Positions 11,683 through 25,474 of a DNA stretch of 64,000 nucleotides are shown piece by piece. The notes beneath the pieces are model-generated. The model saw nothing but the letters and a program-made list of their open reading frames with translations, was not told the origin of the DNA and did no database searches. The position numbers and the translations under genes are program-made. Positions within the stretch are counted from its first letter, which is position 1, and every line of letters starts with the position of its first letter. Origin of the DNA: Enoplolaimus lenunculus (lineage: Eukaryota); the NCBI GenBank assembly GCA_030248215.1, contig JASANG010002092.1, forward strand, positions 186,001-250,000, written 5' to 3'.

Positions 11683-12875
11683 GAAATAGGTTACCATATT
11701 TATGACACTGTATAACTGGGAAACAAGTTAACACTATTGCGTAATTTTGAACAATTAACACTACGGAAAACTGAGCAAAACCATTTTAACTAGTTTATCA
11801 ATAATTTTTAATCCTTTGCCGCATGAATATTTGCATTTCATTACATTTTACTTTTAAAACTAAAATTTGAACCTGGACTACACTCAATAATATTGCTAAA
11901 CATGCTCATAGCATACTCTATGTGTCAGGCACCAACTGGAGGTAAAAAACACAGCCGGAGCAGAATGCGTACAAAATTTGCCGACGTTGGAAGTGAAGCA
12001 AAACCAGGTTGCCAAAATTTTATTAAATTCGCTATGGTAATACTACCATATTCAGCATTGTCGTGAAAATATCTGATCATCATTTTTGAATGATTTGGAT
12101 AATACAGATTTCGTGAATTGTCCAAAATTTACAAACTCACTGAACGACATTTAAATTAATATCTGAATATTCCTAAGTCGAAATTGCCGAAACCCCAGCC
12201 AATGATACGTTTAGGGCCGTTGAAAAAGTGTAAACCAAAGCAAACATAGTCTGACATTTCAGCTTACTCTATCGGCGAATACTGTACCGGAGCAGGAAGG
12301 ATACCTCCGGTTGTTTCGTGCTATGCGCTATGCTTTAAGGCTTCAAACCTGATGAAATCTGATACAATTATGATAAGATAAAAACATAGTAGAACAAGAT
12401 ATTCTAGTATTTCTGCCACTACATAATAAGATTCCATCACAGATATCACAACGCAAAATGGAGACAACTGTATAATCAAATAAGACAAGAACCGCATATT
12501 TTATTTTTTACAAAATACGCCGCTTCGTTAAGCTTAAAACTTTGCCCAAGTTTGCCAAAAAAGATTATAAAGCATGTTTCATTGCACGATGCGTGCAGCA
12601 ACTGCATAGTAATCAATAAAAGTCCTTGTAACAAAATTAAAAAATGGAACCGAAAATGCATATTGAAGCATAAAAGTTTAAACGATATCTTATTATTCTG
12701 CCACTGTAATTAAAGCTTGCAAAATTCGCCGTTTTTCTGTAGTTTTAAATAGAAAATAGCGGTTTCACCCTTATTGTTTATGATTTCGCATAAATGTCGG
12801 CTATTTTATTTGAAATCAAATAAACTGAACGACCTACCGAAGCTGAAATAAAATTTCGAAAACAAACAATTGGCA

Positions 12876-15800
12876 TTAAAATCTCGATTTGCAACACGTT
12901 TTCCCTTCAATCCCCATCAAAATCCGCTCAAGTTCTTTTTCCGCGTCAGACTGCTTACTGTTCACAGGAGAAGGTTTAAAACTATGGTGCTGTTGATTTT
13001 GTGAATTCCATAGTTTGGTGTATCTGAAGTAATATAATCACTCAGTATTATTTTATGAACAAACATACTAATAAGAGCAGTTTAAGATTATATACACCGT
13101 GAATTTCCGTTCTTTCAAGTGTCAACAACTTGCAAAATCTTAAAATCAGAAGTTACAAATGCGGTTCTATATAATATTGGCTGGTCCTGATTAAATTTGA
13201 TAAACTCACGGTAAATTCATAATATAACGCAAAACAACTATTATTTTCTTATTATGATCATGGCTCACATTTGGGTTTTCATTTTGTTTTGTTAAAAAGT
13301 TACGTATCTACTTAATTCGGCTACTTAAAGAATTACATACTAAGTATAATTTTAGTTAATACTTAAGTAAGATTGCAGAAACCCAGCCATTATAGAATAA
13401 CATAACACAGACCATACATAAAGAAGTTAGCGGACACTTTGGGTTCTATCCAAACACATTCGCTAACAATACATCTGGCATAGCACTGTATCGAAAGAGA
13501 CGCACAATATTGTGTAGAATTTTTAACAAAGTATATCATATGAGTGTTGTACCGGAAGCAACGTTTCTACCTGCCAATAGTTTGACGGCTCAATGAGTTA
13601 TATTAAAACTGGAATTTCTCAACCATATTAATGCAAATATAATTGGTTTAAACGTGTTGTTGCTTAATGCAATTTTTACCTGCTATTTTGATCACTGAGA
13701 AGTTGATTATGGTGACCGCGCTCAACAATCTTTCCTCCGTCAATGACTAAAATTTCGTCTGAATCGCGTATTGTTGCCAACCGATGTGCAATATAAATAG
13801 ACGTTCGCTGTACAGTTGCTGTTCGAAGAGCATTCATTATATTCTGAAAAATGTTCAAATTTGATATCATTCTTCGATGTCTGAAAATTGTATAAACGTC
13901 ATACCAAAAAGTCTAGCGTACTTAAACGCTTTCAAAAGTGGCTATAATACGTTATGATAAAAGCATATAATACTGTATGCAAAAAGCTGCCTTGTTGCAC
14001 AAATAAACGTTGCAATGTAAAACAAATCCGATCAGTTCCCTTAGAGAAATTTTAATGATAAACCATGTCAAAATACAAGTCGCATAAGCACAACCGTTGG
14101 TTCTCTAAAATCTCCGTAAAATTTCAGCCCTTGCTGCTAGCGACTGGGTGAATTCTATTTAAATACAAGATAAATAAGTATTCCTGTCCGTATATGCTTA
14201 AGTAGACCAATATGAAACTGAAGACAGAAGTAATATATCTAATCGAAAACGGAACTAACAAAAAGCGAAAACGATTCGATAACTTCCCTACAGCCAATTT
14301 TACAAAGGTAAAAAAATTATTTAGAAATAGTATGAATTTTACTGACTTGTTCCGTGATTGAATCCAGAGATGAAGTCGCTTCGTCATAAACAATAATTGG
14401 AGCGTTTTTCAAGATTGCACGCGCAATTGCAACGCGTTGTTTTTCACCGCCTTTAAAGCAGCAACAGAAAATAAATGCAAAATTAACAGCAATACACACA
14501 ACCTGTCACCGAAAATAGATAGCAAATTTCGGGACTATGTAACGTGGTTAAAGCTTACTGTGCTATAATCAGAGCCAAAAAATAATTCCTGAATAACGTT
14601 GGCCACGAAAGAAAGATTTTATTAAATCCCATTAATAAAGTTTTTCAATTCGCCAAGAGACTGAAATTTAGGTTTACTCAAGCTGTAAAACACAGAGATA
14701 ATCGCGATACTTTCATTGCCAGAATCAGTCAAGGTAGGATAAATTGGGGCTTTTGACGTAACAATAACGCACGTGAAATTGTTAAAAGAAGATCGTAAAG
14801 AAAATCACAACCTGCAGTTCGGTCCTCCAAAAGTTGTTATAGCTTAATTGAAAAATCACGCGCGTTGCCGACATATATACATATAATAGTGTAGTCCATA
14901 GACACAAACAAGAGCACTCAAAAAACAATTATATACTGTCATGCACACAGGTACAGCCTAACAGTAGATGGCGGCACAATAGATTGCACCTGATAATTTA
15001 AGTCCGCGCTCTCCAACGATAGTATCATAACCATTTGGCATTCGCATAACAGCGTTATGCAAATCAGCCATTTTTGACACTTCCAACACACGTTCTGGAG
15101 ATGCGCTGCAGTCGCCGTATTGAACGTTATGAAGAAGTGTGTCGTGGAATAGGACGCAGTCCTAAAATATACCAAGCAAACCAGACGCGTGACAAGTAAA
15201 TAAAATTTATATATTATTTGTTAGTGTAAAGCTGTAAAAATTTAAGCGACAAAATCTAATTAAGAGTTCAACATTAACGCCATCTCAAAGCAAACTCAGT
15301 AGAGGCAATTTGTAACTAACAATGGCCGCGAAGGCTCGAAGCTGAACAATGGAACCGAAAGAAAAACAGACCGCACTCGCAGACACATTGGTCCAACTGT
15401 TTAATAGAACAATGTACAAAAAACTAAAAGATTGCAAAGGCCATGTGAGCACTACCAACAGATTTTTTCTAAAATCAACGTTTTGTGTTTGGTTCGGTGA
15501 GGAACTAATCCGAACCCTAGTAGGCAACCAAGTGACAAACGGAAGTAGAATTGTATCAGGACCCGCTTAAGTCAAGCAAGCGAGAAGCAAGACGCTTTTA
15601 GTAGCTATACTTGTAAATCCGGGTGGTTTTTTCGGTTGTTTTCTTAATTTTTTAATTTCACTGGGTAGTTTTGAATAAAATGGTCGAAAACATCGCATTT
15701 TACACAAAAAACATGGTACAGAAAGTAATACAAGTCGATTACCTGAGGTACAACGCCAATCGCTTCACGCAAACTGTGTAGCGTCAGATCTGAAATATCT

Positions 15801-18800
15801 TGTCCATTGACCAAAATTCGTCCTTTAACGGGGTCATAAAACCGTAACAAAAGTCGAATAATTGTTGATTTGCTGAAATACAAGCAGTACAATAATTGCA
15901 GAGCTTTCTAAAACAGCATTTTTAAATGTTAAAACCAATAACCTTGACAAGGCCTCTTATCGATGCAAGTACGCAAAACATAACGTTGATCGATTACAAA
16001 CTTTCCTCACAAAGGATGCTCAAATAACTTTCATTTTTGGTAATCGAATATCAACGACAATATTAGGAACATAATATTCTAAGAACTTGAGTTATTTATT
16101 TTTTATTATTATTATTATTATTATTATAAGCAATGAAACTTACCCACTACCGCTTCCACCAACGATACCGACTTTTTTTCCAGCCGAAACTGTAAACGAT
16201 AACCCGCGTAGAATCGGAAAGTTAGTTCCAGGATACTCAAACCAAACATCTTCGAATGAAATTGTCGCTTCGCTAGGATGATCAATTTGCAGTAATTGAG
16301 CGTTAGGTTTCTCCTATAAAGCACGGTTTGCTTTTTTAATCTGTATATATTGAGCAGAGTATGATTATTAGTTTTCGAGGGTTTAAAAAGATTTATGCGA
16401 GACAAACAAAAACGTCACGAACCAAATTCAGTAGATCGCTTAAAATTAATAATTGTAGAATCAGAAAATTTGGGTCGTTGTAGAGCTTCCTCCAGAACGA
16501 CTTAGGGTGACACTATACATGCCGTGCGGCGCCGCAAGTCAACAAAATATGTGGCAGCATACGGGAATTCACGTGCGTTTCTGTACGGATTATAAATAAT
16601 CAAAATTCATAGCGCCCCCAATCTTGCATACTGCATCACCACTACTGTAAACGACAGCGCGTGAATACCTGGGGGCATAAGCGTACATGCAAAGCTATGT
16701 GTATTGAACTGAATCTCAACTGAATATATGCGATTGCTTACATTAACTTACAAGCTTGATTTCGATTGCCATTTCAAGAGTTGAAAAATGCTAACAATAA
16801 CAGTAAGTCCTAGTACAGTTGTAGAACCTAAACTCACTTTAACGGCAGTTTCCAACTCAAGCAAATTGAACATAGTTTGCATATCGATTAATCCTTGCCG
16901 AATTTCACGATACACCGAACCAAGAAAGTTCAATGGCATACTCAACTGCATAATCAGTCCGTTAACTAACACGAGATCGCCTACTGTCATTGTGCCTAAA
17001 GTGATAACTGCTGCACTACATTTTGTCACATCAAAATCCTTAATCATCAAGCACTATACCAAAAATTAACAGACAGTACATATCTGAAACTATTCCGCTA
17101 GTCCCTACATGTCTGGCTTTATACAGCCAAACACCGAACTAAGTTTAATCGTGCTCGCGTTCCAAACCGAGCTTTTGATCGCGATGGCTGGTTTTGACGC
17201 AGTCGTTGGCAAACATGATTTGAAGTACTCACAGTTAATATTGCTTGTATCAAAATTTTCAATCGTATTAAAACGCGGTTACCACCGCGATTCCAAACGC
17301 GACCGCGACCGCATCTCTAGACCCGACTAATCGCAAACAAAGAAAATTCATTCAACCGCAATTATAAAGCCACGAACAGACGCAACCGCGATGACTGCGC
17401 ACATAATTCAGTCCGAAACTGCACCAAAACAACATATTTTGAAAAATTTTACAACGTTTTTTGTGTTTCTTAAAAACGTACCTTGGGCAATTCCATTTGC
17501 AGCCAGCAGCATCACGCCTGCCAAAGCGCCACAGGTGATAGCATTTTGGCCAAAATTGAGCAACGCTAAACTAGACGCAGTTTTTAACGACGCGACTTCA
17601 TACTCTTTCAGGAGTTGATCATAACGTTTTGCTTCATATTCTTCATTGTTAAAGTACTAAACCAAATCTTGCAATTAAATTAAACCCATTAATACTTTTC
17701 TTTAATTTTCTAAACTAAGTTGTGTTAGCTATGCAAACAAATAATTTTACCTCAAAATATTAAAACTGTCCACTCAATACAGCATCCAAATATTTGTCGA
17801 ATTACATCAATTTTGAAAGCCAAACAAACATAAAATATCATCGTAATTTGGGTGTAGTGACCTGTCAATAACTCACCTTAACGGTTTCGTAGTTAATCAG
17901 CGAGTCAATCGCACGGTTTCCTGCTTCATTATCCGCAGCGTTCATCTGATGCCGGAATTTGGTCCTAAACAAATCAATAACTATGAGTCCTTAAAATTGC
18001 TACATTTGATTGTGCAATTTTTCAGATGTACAATTATTTGTGAAGAGGGCAAGTTCCATTCTTAAATAATACTTTTGCGATAAGAGGATCATAGCACATG
18101 TTTATACTTCATATACTAGAAGGTCACAATCCAAGAAGTACGACAGAATTTACTGTGATATTTGCAATAAAGCACTGTTGCGAGAGGCTAAGCAGATAAA
18201 ACAACATTATAATACCTCCATCTTGTTACACTGATTGTAAACACTGAATAACATCCAATGCATCCCAGTGTTAAGAATGCGAACTGTGGACCACAGCTGA
18301 AGTACTAAAAAAATAAGCAAAGTAATTAATGCCTAAAATAATGTTACAAAATACCCACCAAAAAACCGGGCAAAAATACTCATCTTGCACCTACACAAGT
18401 TTTGACCGTTTTAAAAACTTTGGTTCAATGAATCGAATGACGCTAATAATAAATCACTGTGGGCGTAATGATGAAAGATAATTACTAAAATACTCTGAAT
18501 TTTTGAAAAACTTATTGAATCCTCACCATAATGCCTGTTACAAGTCCAACTTCAACTGCAGTGGGGACAACGTTGAATACCAGCGCGCTCAATGCAAATG
18601 ACATTCCCCTATAATACTGCAATAGAACAAGTCTATTGAAGTAAAGCCTATTAGAATTCAAAACCGAAAATGCCGATATACAGATAAATACAAATTTCTG
18701 GACGTAGAGTTCCGGTCTGTAGTTACAAAGTCATGGTATTTAGCAGCTTTGATTGAGCTAAGATGAAACATTATCTGTGTTGTAGTACATTCGCATACGG

Positions 18801-21437
18801 TTTCAACGTAGTATACAAAATAAAATTGACAGTCAAATTACTACAAAGAAATAAAGTCTTAACCAAATAGAGCTCGAGGTCGATGTGTTTAAAAGCCACT
18901 TTGTCCGTTACGCAGTCCCTTAAAACTATTTTTAATCTGCCTTGGTTTTTTGCCCGAAAGATAATATGCTTAAAAACAGTCCACGTGACGAGCACCAGAA
19001 AATGTTATTCACCTCGTACCACGGTCAATGATTTTGGCTAGAGACCCGGTCTGCCGATTTAAATGAAACCCAAGATCGAGTTGATGCAAATGTAGAAATA
19101 CGCGGCGTGAAATGCTCCTAATTGAATGCTGTGCAACGCGTGCAAACACTGCGTTGCGAAGCTCGTTGAAAAGCGCTGATGACGCTCGAACGGCACCATC
19201 TAAATACGTACTAAAACTGCATTAGTCACAAAATTTAAACCAAATTTTCTATGTGATAAAGTACGTATATGTTTAAATAATACTAATTGAACGACTGACG
19301 TAACTGCTTAAGACAGTTGCAAGTAACTGCTGCTATTCTGCTAGCAAACTTCGCTGCTGCGGCACTATCAGCGTTACAATTATCAAAGTGAAGCAATGCA
19401 ATGCGATCCAATACTAAGATGTTAAGTTTACAATAAACAACGGTTATAAATGACAAAAATTCAAAAGTCAGCACAAGTATAACAAGCGGGAACAAAGCAA
19501 CAAATCAAGAAACCGTTATAATTCAACGTACACGCTACAATGAGCATCGTTCCACCGGTTATAAATGCAGCTGCTGTGGAATCGGAAAAATTAAACGTTT
19601 CAGTGGTCTGGTTATAGCGGTCGATGAGATGTTTGAAAACAAACGGCACTTGTACGTTCAGAAGCTAAAAAAATTCACCAGACTTTCGGAATATGGCAAA
19701 TACAATAATGTCTAGACGATGTTCATCGCAAAAATCTAAGCCGCGATCTTAATCTAAGGATTTAACAACAAGTATATAATGCATTAAAATCAAATTTAAA
19801 CAAAGTGGAAAAATAAAAGGTATTTAAGTTATTCTGTAGCGTTGGAATTATTGATGAAATATAGATTTCAGCTTAAACGCATAGTTCCACAGTTCAGCCA
19901 ATATCAGCATAGTCTCACTTTAGCACCAATAAGCAACGCCATAGCAAGTACAACACGCGACTTTATGCGAACGTTTTTCTTAGGCCATACGTGCTCCAGA
20001 ATTTTCTTCACAATATAAAATCCTGAATTATAAAAAATGCAACTGAACGAAACTGTTCAAGTGGCTTAAAGTCGTCCTAACCTAATTTGAGTTATTCCAG
20101 AAGCATTCTGAATCCACTCATATTACAACAAAAATCAGAATTTTTGTTCAAATATTTAGAGTCTATTTCCGGGTTTTGGTTTCGTTTCGGCCCGATTTCT
20201 AATGGTTTTTTAATGTAACACGTCCTGCTGTTCATTTTAATGTATATAAGGACACCGTAAATGTATTGAAAAACTCTAAAAATCTGAAATTAAATAGATA
20301 AAAACAAATCATAAAGCAATGACTATTTTCATGAGTAACCGTTGTATTGTGTCAATTGCCCATTTTTATGGCATCGACGCATAACAACAAAAAAAGATTA
20401 AATCACGTCCTTCTTTCAGTCTTCGCTTGGTAAAATCTGGTGCCGAGTAAATTAACAGCACCAAAACCATCCCGAAGCAATTACAAACTTACAGCACTGA
20501 AACAAATATAAAAGGCGCTCATACTTTTCACTGTTCAACACTGACATTGCATAAACGGAATTTTCCCCACCAAAAATACTATCTAGTCCACAGTTACATT
20601 AGCACTATAACAAGACCACTGAGACTGATGGGAACTACTAGTTATATTACTTATTATCATCAACTGTTCTTCCTCTGCTGTTATAACCATATATTATATA
20701 CCTGTAACCTTTTGTTCTATTGGAACAGAGTTTTTCAGGACGTTTCGGCCATGAAAACAGAATCTGTAGCTTGCAGAAAATAGCTGACCCTAAAAATTGG
20801 TATAATATTAAAATCTGCAATTTAAACAATTTAGCGTACGTACTGCAGCATAAATGACTGAAACTGAACACGAAGTTTAATTGTTAAGTGTAAATGTAGC
20901 TTAGGCATAAACATTTTAATAAAACAACTACATTGGTAAGTAATTCGGCACATAGTTCAGTTCTTAAAACACTTACACACACGTACTTTAGTTTTAATTG
21001 CTGGTTTTATTAACAGTTGTTCTTTAATAGAAACAGTATGAAGCTTGGAACATAATCGAATCTAAAATGACATGAACGAGAATGGTAAGTATTGTCATTT
21101 ACAATACAAATTAAACATTTAATATAAAATTGATGTTATAATGACGTTTTATCTGGCGGCAACAAATAAGAGTTTTTAAGATCGACGAATTAATTTAGAC
21201 TGCGCTCGTTTCAGAAATTTATGAAAATTTCAAAATAATCTGTGCTAGAATATGTGGAACGAAAACCGAAATCAGAAGCAGAAGTTCGTTCAGAAACCGG
21301 ATGCAATTCCAGAACCAATACAAGTAGACAAAATGCATGTTTACAAATGACATAAATTCAACAAACTTGTTTACCTGAGGAACCGTATCAAAAACAAATT
21401 TCTTGGTTGTAGCAAGTCTAAAGACAACAACAGCCAT
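12876..21437 (-). CDS. ABCB7: Mitochondrial Fe-S cluster export ABC transporter ABCB7/ATM1 (17 coding exons, 709 aa)
   Basis: GT-AG exons 21437-21375, 21061-20987, 20789-20702, 20022-19919, 19664-19532, 19199-19013, 18608-18527, 18304-18216, 17964-17877, 17656-17482, 16995-16838, 16313-16144, 15872-15743, 15161-14990, 14450-14347, 13843-13680 and 13023-12876 total 2130 nt, open to TAA. Motifs seen: [65 protein letters not shown], Walker A GGSGSGKST, signature LSGGEKQR, Walker [17 protein letters not shown]. The first two exons (transit peptide) are less certain. Confidence 0.96.
13230..13385. repeat. Dispersed repeat with ACTTAAGT palindromic motifs; inverted homologue at about 52075-52210
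   Basis: TGGCTCACATTT...TACTTAATTCGGC...AAGATTGCAGAAAC aligns by eye with the reverse complement of 52075-52210. Confidence 0.6.
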
Positions 21438-21585
21438 TGCTTGATGAGCATAAACTAGTAAAGTAAGTCTGTTTGTTGATTAGTGTTAGCATTAGCAAAC
21501 TTTAGTTAACTATTGTGCGACGACCGCAATGATTCTAAACTAAGGACTGTAAGCATGTGAAACATGCATGTCATAGTGCCAATAT

Positions 21586-21965
21586 CAAGGTGGCAACAAA
21601 GTTTCGGAGTCGGAATCGGCATAAATTTGTGCTTCGGATTAGGATTCGATTGTAAAAACGTTGAATCCAAAAGCCGAATCCAACAACTTTCGGCAATATG
21701 TTTTTCAGTTTTAAAACAATAAAAATTTTAAATAACTTGTCATATTAATAAAAAATTTTTGTTTAAGGTCACCAATCCCAAAACTGAGGTCAGACACGAA
21801 ATATCTAAACGTTTAAAGTTATGCAGCTGGCATTGCGTTGATATTCTGAAACAAATTACAGATATAAGTGGAATTTGCAATATGCAAGATTCTGATTCGG
21901 ATTCTGCAAATTAGCAATGGATTCGGATTCAGATTCGAACAAGTCGTGGATTCGGTGCCACCCTG
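21586..21965. mobile_element. MITE (CAAGGTGGCA...TGCCACCCTG) inserted in a copy of the tRNA-like repeat, just upstream of the ABCB7 start codon
   Basis: It has imperfect TIRs and subterminal GGATTC/GAATCC motifs. It separates the TGTAAGCATGTGAAACATGC head (21548) from the GGCGGGCTGTGTGGTGCAGTG segment near 22057. Confidence 0.65.
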
Positions 21966-22459
21966 CTGCATATGCAATATATGAAATGCACATTGTGTTC
22001 TATGCTATTCGACTGCATGCAGTAGGCACATAGTCCACAATAGAAAAGATTACAGAGGCGGGCTGTGTGGTGCAGTGATAAAACATTTGCTAAAGTATCC
22101 GTAAATCGTGCAGATGGCACAGCCATGCAAATTTCTATAGTCATTTAAAATTGGTGGATTTGGTATCTTTCTCCCTAATTACGTACCTTTATATTGGGCA
22201 CAGCTCGGCCTCATGAGTCTCTTCCCTAGTTCGGTCTTAAACGGCGCTTTTATAATATATTTGTATTTTTTACTGCTTTATATCGCGCAAATGCGCTAGC
22301 TAGTCTTTAAAATATGGCGTAATTCATAGAAATTGTATTTGTCAAATTATAAATGTTGTTATAACCAGTTATGCTGATTAATATGAAAATTAGTTTAATA
22401 TCGGGATGGCTTTAGCTATCCCCATATTCATTACTGATTGCGAATGTTTAGCGGCTGAA

Positions 22460-24101
22460 TGTTGTTGTCGTGGTCGTCAGTGCCGTCCAGCAGAACGGTT
22501 ATAGATCAAGAAGTTGAGCGACCTCGACCGGTTTTCGCCATAGGTCCTCGGGTGTCAGCGTTGTGGGTTTTACATTGCAGTTGAAGAGATGTATGGTGTT
22601 GTGTGGTGTAGACCCGCAGTTCGGACATTTGTCTGGGATTGTTGCATCAATCCTGTGCCGGTAGCTGTGCAGCAGGAAGGAGTATCCCGATCGTAATTGT
22701 GTTATCTTTGAACGCTTGGCTCGGTCCAGTTTCATTTCTGAGACGTCGATTGGAGGTGGTGGGTACCCTCCCAGCACCACCTGATTGCGGTATTTTGATT
22801 TGACCACTGCTACTGTTGTTGCGTGGATTTCGATTATCCGCGCCTTGATTTCGGACTTTGATAACTGATCTGGTGTTGGTGAGCCGATAGCATCTTGGGT
22901 GAACGATTTCAATGTGTTTTTCTTTCTTCTTTGTCCTTGGTCTTTGCTCCGTCAGATGATGGCACGGGTGACTTTGAAGGCAGCACTGAGCGTAATATTG
23001 GCACGTCAGCATAGCACTATGGTCTGCGACTGGGAGCACCTTAGCTTCGGAGTGTAGATGGTCTTCTGATGCCATTTTTAGGTTACCCGTTACTGTGCTC
23101 ATGGCATCGTTCTGTAAGCGTTGTAGCTTTTGCACTTGTGATTTCGAGCAGTTCGGATACCAGACCGGGCAGGCATAATTTATCACCGATCTCCCAACTG
23201 CTTTGTACGTCATTATCATCGTTTCATTCTTCTGACCCCATGTTGAGCCAGCTAGAGCTTTCAGGATGTTAATTCGTTGTCTGACTCGTGAATACATGTT
23301 TTCAGTGTGCTTGTGGAATTTTAGCTTTGGGTCCAGCGTCACGCCAAGGATTTTTGGGTTCTGTTCGGAAGGGATCGGCAGCCCATGAACGATGATCTGT
23401 GGGTGGTGTTTGAATTCACTGGGTTCAGGCGTCAGTATGGTCACGATTGATTTTGTTGGTGAGATCGCCAGTCCTTTGTTTTCGAAGAAGTCGATGAGCT
23501 CCGGGATATAATCGTTCAATCGTTGCGATAGCTCTTCTTTGTTGTGACCGCTTGTGTACACCGTGAAGTCATCCGCGTATGAGACGAGCTTGATGTTTGC
23601 CGGTGGAGTTGGCACATTCGATACATAAAAGCTGAAGAGCAGTGGCGATATGATGGAGCCTTGTGGCACGCCCATGTGAATTTTTCGGAAAGGTGATACC
23701 TCATCTCTGAAACTCGTCTGGGCTTGTCTTCCGTGTAGGTAGTTAGCGAGCCACTTTGTGATGCCTTTGGGCAGCGTAGTGTCGCTGATGTCCTGAAGCA
23801 GACGGCGGTGATTGACCATGTCGAATGCTTTTGTCAGGTCCAATGCCACTACTACCGTTCTCTCTGGAGGTTTCATGTTGAACCCTTCGAGTGCATCATT
23901 TGTGAGGTTCATGAGAGCGCTTGTGGTCGAATGGCCTGGTCGGAAGCCATGCTGATGTGACTGCACCGGTAGATGAGTTTTCAGGTGGCTTAACAGACAT
24001 CTCTCAAAGACCTTCACCGATGAGCATAGTAGTGATACGGGGCGGTACGATTTGTGGTCTTCACCCGGCTTGTTCGGTTTAGCCTTCGAGTTTTTTGAGT
24101 T
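22460..24101 (-). mobile_element. 5'-truncated non-LTR retrotransposon (LINE; I/Jockey-group-like, clade not assigned)
   Basis: It is flanked by a 13-bp direct repeat TTTAGCGGCTGAA at 22447-22459 and 24102-24114. The 3' end (minus strand) finishes in a short ...ACGACCACGACAACAACA tail just after the stop codon. It is visibly more GC-rich than its flanks. Confidence 0.95.
22499..24080 (-). pseudogene. Reverse transcriptase plus C-terminal CCHC domain of the LINE, with one frameshift near 22915-22930 and no endonuclease domain
   Basis: ORF 22647-24017 and its in-frame upstream extension carry YRPVSLL, QHGFRPGHSTT, LDLTKAFD, GVPQGSIISP, YADD and KILGVTLD. ORF 22499-22912 continues in another frame with TQLRSGYS and CPNCGSTPHNTIHLFNC. 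Confidence 0.92.
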
Positions 24102-25474
24102 TTTAGCGGCTGAACGTATATTTTTCTACTGTTACTGTCGTCATCTGATAAGTTTTCTTGAATCTTATTTTTCTTGGTTACGGAGCACGGTGTTAGTATT
24201 GTTGTGTGTTAACTGAGTTATCTAATGAGTTAAGAATTTGGTTGAACAGATTCGATCTGCAGTTGTGTTACCAGGAGTGCCGCGTGGATTACTGCATGCA
24301 ACATATTGTGCGTGCAAGTTCTGGGGAATTAACGTAACCGGAGTGCCTGGTATTGGAGTTTAACTGAAGTCTGGAGTTAAGGAGCATAATAGTCACTGGA
24401 GCTGCTGCAATATTGTTGGAATCATTTCTTAGAGTTGTGTGAAGTATTAGCATCTGGAGATTAGTGTTTTATTGGGGTAAGTTCGGAATTAAATATTAGC
24501 GTAAGTTTAGTCAATGCGTTAATATTTACCAGCATAATGCTTATCTTGTTGTTTAGTAAACTGTTACAACCGGTCGCGTCTATATCAGAGCGTTGAGGTT
24601 ACCACAAGCCGCATTGTATTACGGATACACACACCGAATACCTTGCAAATCCGACAGGCCGTTAGTTCGAAACAATCATTGACCTGCTTTTCCAACTGCT
24701 TAGTTAGAAAGGCCTGAAGTAGCGTTCCTACCCAGACTGACAAAAATTACGGAAAAACCTAGATCATGAATTCCTACTGAGCAGTTATGAGAACGCGCCT
24801 AACCGATGTCACACGTAAACCTTAGCCTACATACCAAAATTCATAATTCCTGAAAACAAATTAAAGCCGATTTTTATTCAACTTATAAAGTGTATATGGA
24901 AAACCTAAGCATAGCGATTAGGAACTGCATTATCTAAGCTACTTGCTTGTTCCATAATACGCAGTGTCGCTTGCAGTTTATTACATTTCATTTCATCGTG
25001 TTCAGTGCTCATTACCACGTTAATCAAACGTTTTCTAAACAACACAATCGTCACAACCTAAGTAACTTTGCATAAGCCGATCTATATGCACAATCATTCC
25101 AAAAATATCATGCATGTGTTTCGTGCCTCTTACCACGACGTTAGTCGGACATTTTTCAAACATGATTGAGAATATTTACTAAATTGGTTTTAGCATAAAG
25201 CCTCACTAGCTAAATATTTTATATAGGACCAAACGATAATCACAATAGTTTGAAACGAGTCATGCATGTAATTTTATACTTCTTGCATGAATACGTTCAG
25301 TTGTGTTTGAGATCTAAGTTCAAACTGAAATATCTACATGTTGATGCAGAACAACCATTATTCGCACAGAATGTGACTTTAAAAGCCGTTCTAGTGGTGG
25401 GCCCGTTTCTCAAGGTGGAAAACTTTTGACCAGGAGTGTAGTGCAGCCACTTCTGTATCACGGCTGGAAACCCC

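Noticed and set aside
12876..12887. PTS1-like SRF terminus on ABCB7
   Set aside because: A polytopic inner-membrane protein with an N-terminal transit peptide would not use PTS1 import, so this is probably coincidence.
22912..22932. Programmed ribosomal frameshift in the LINE ORF
   Set aside because: LINE RT and its C-terminal CCHC domain are normally one ORF. An indel or sequencing error in the purine run is the simpler explanation.
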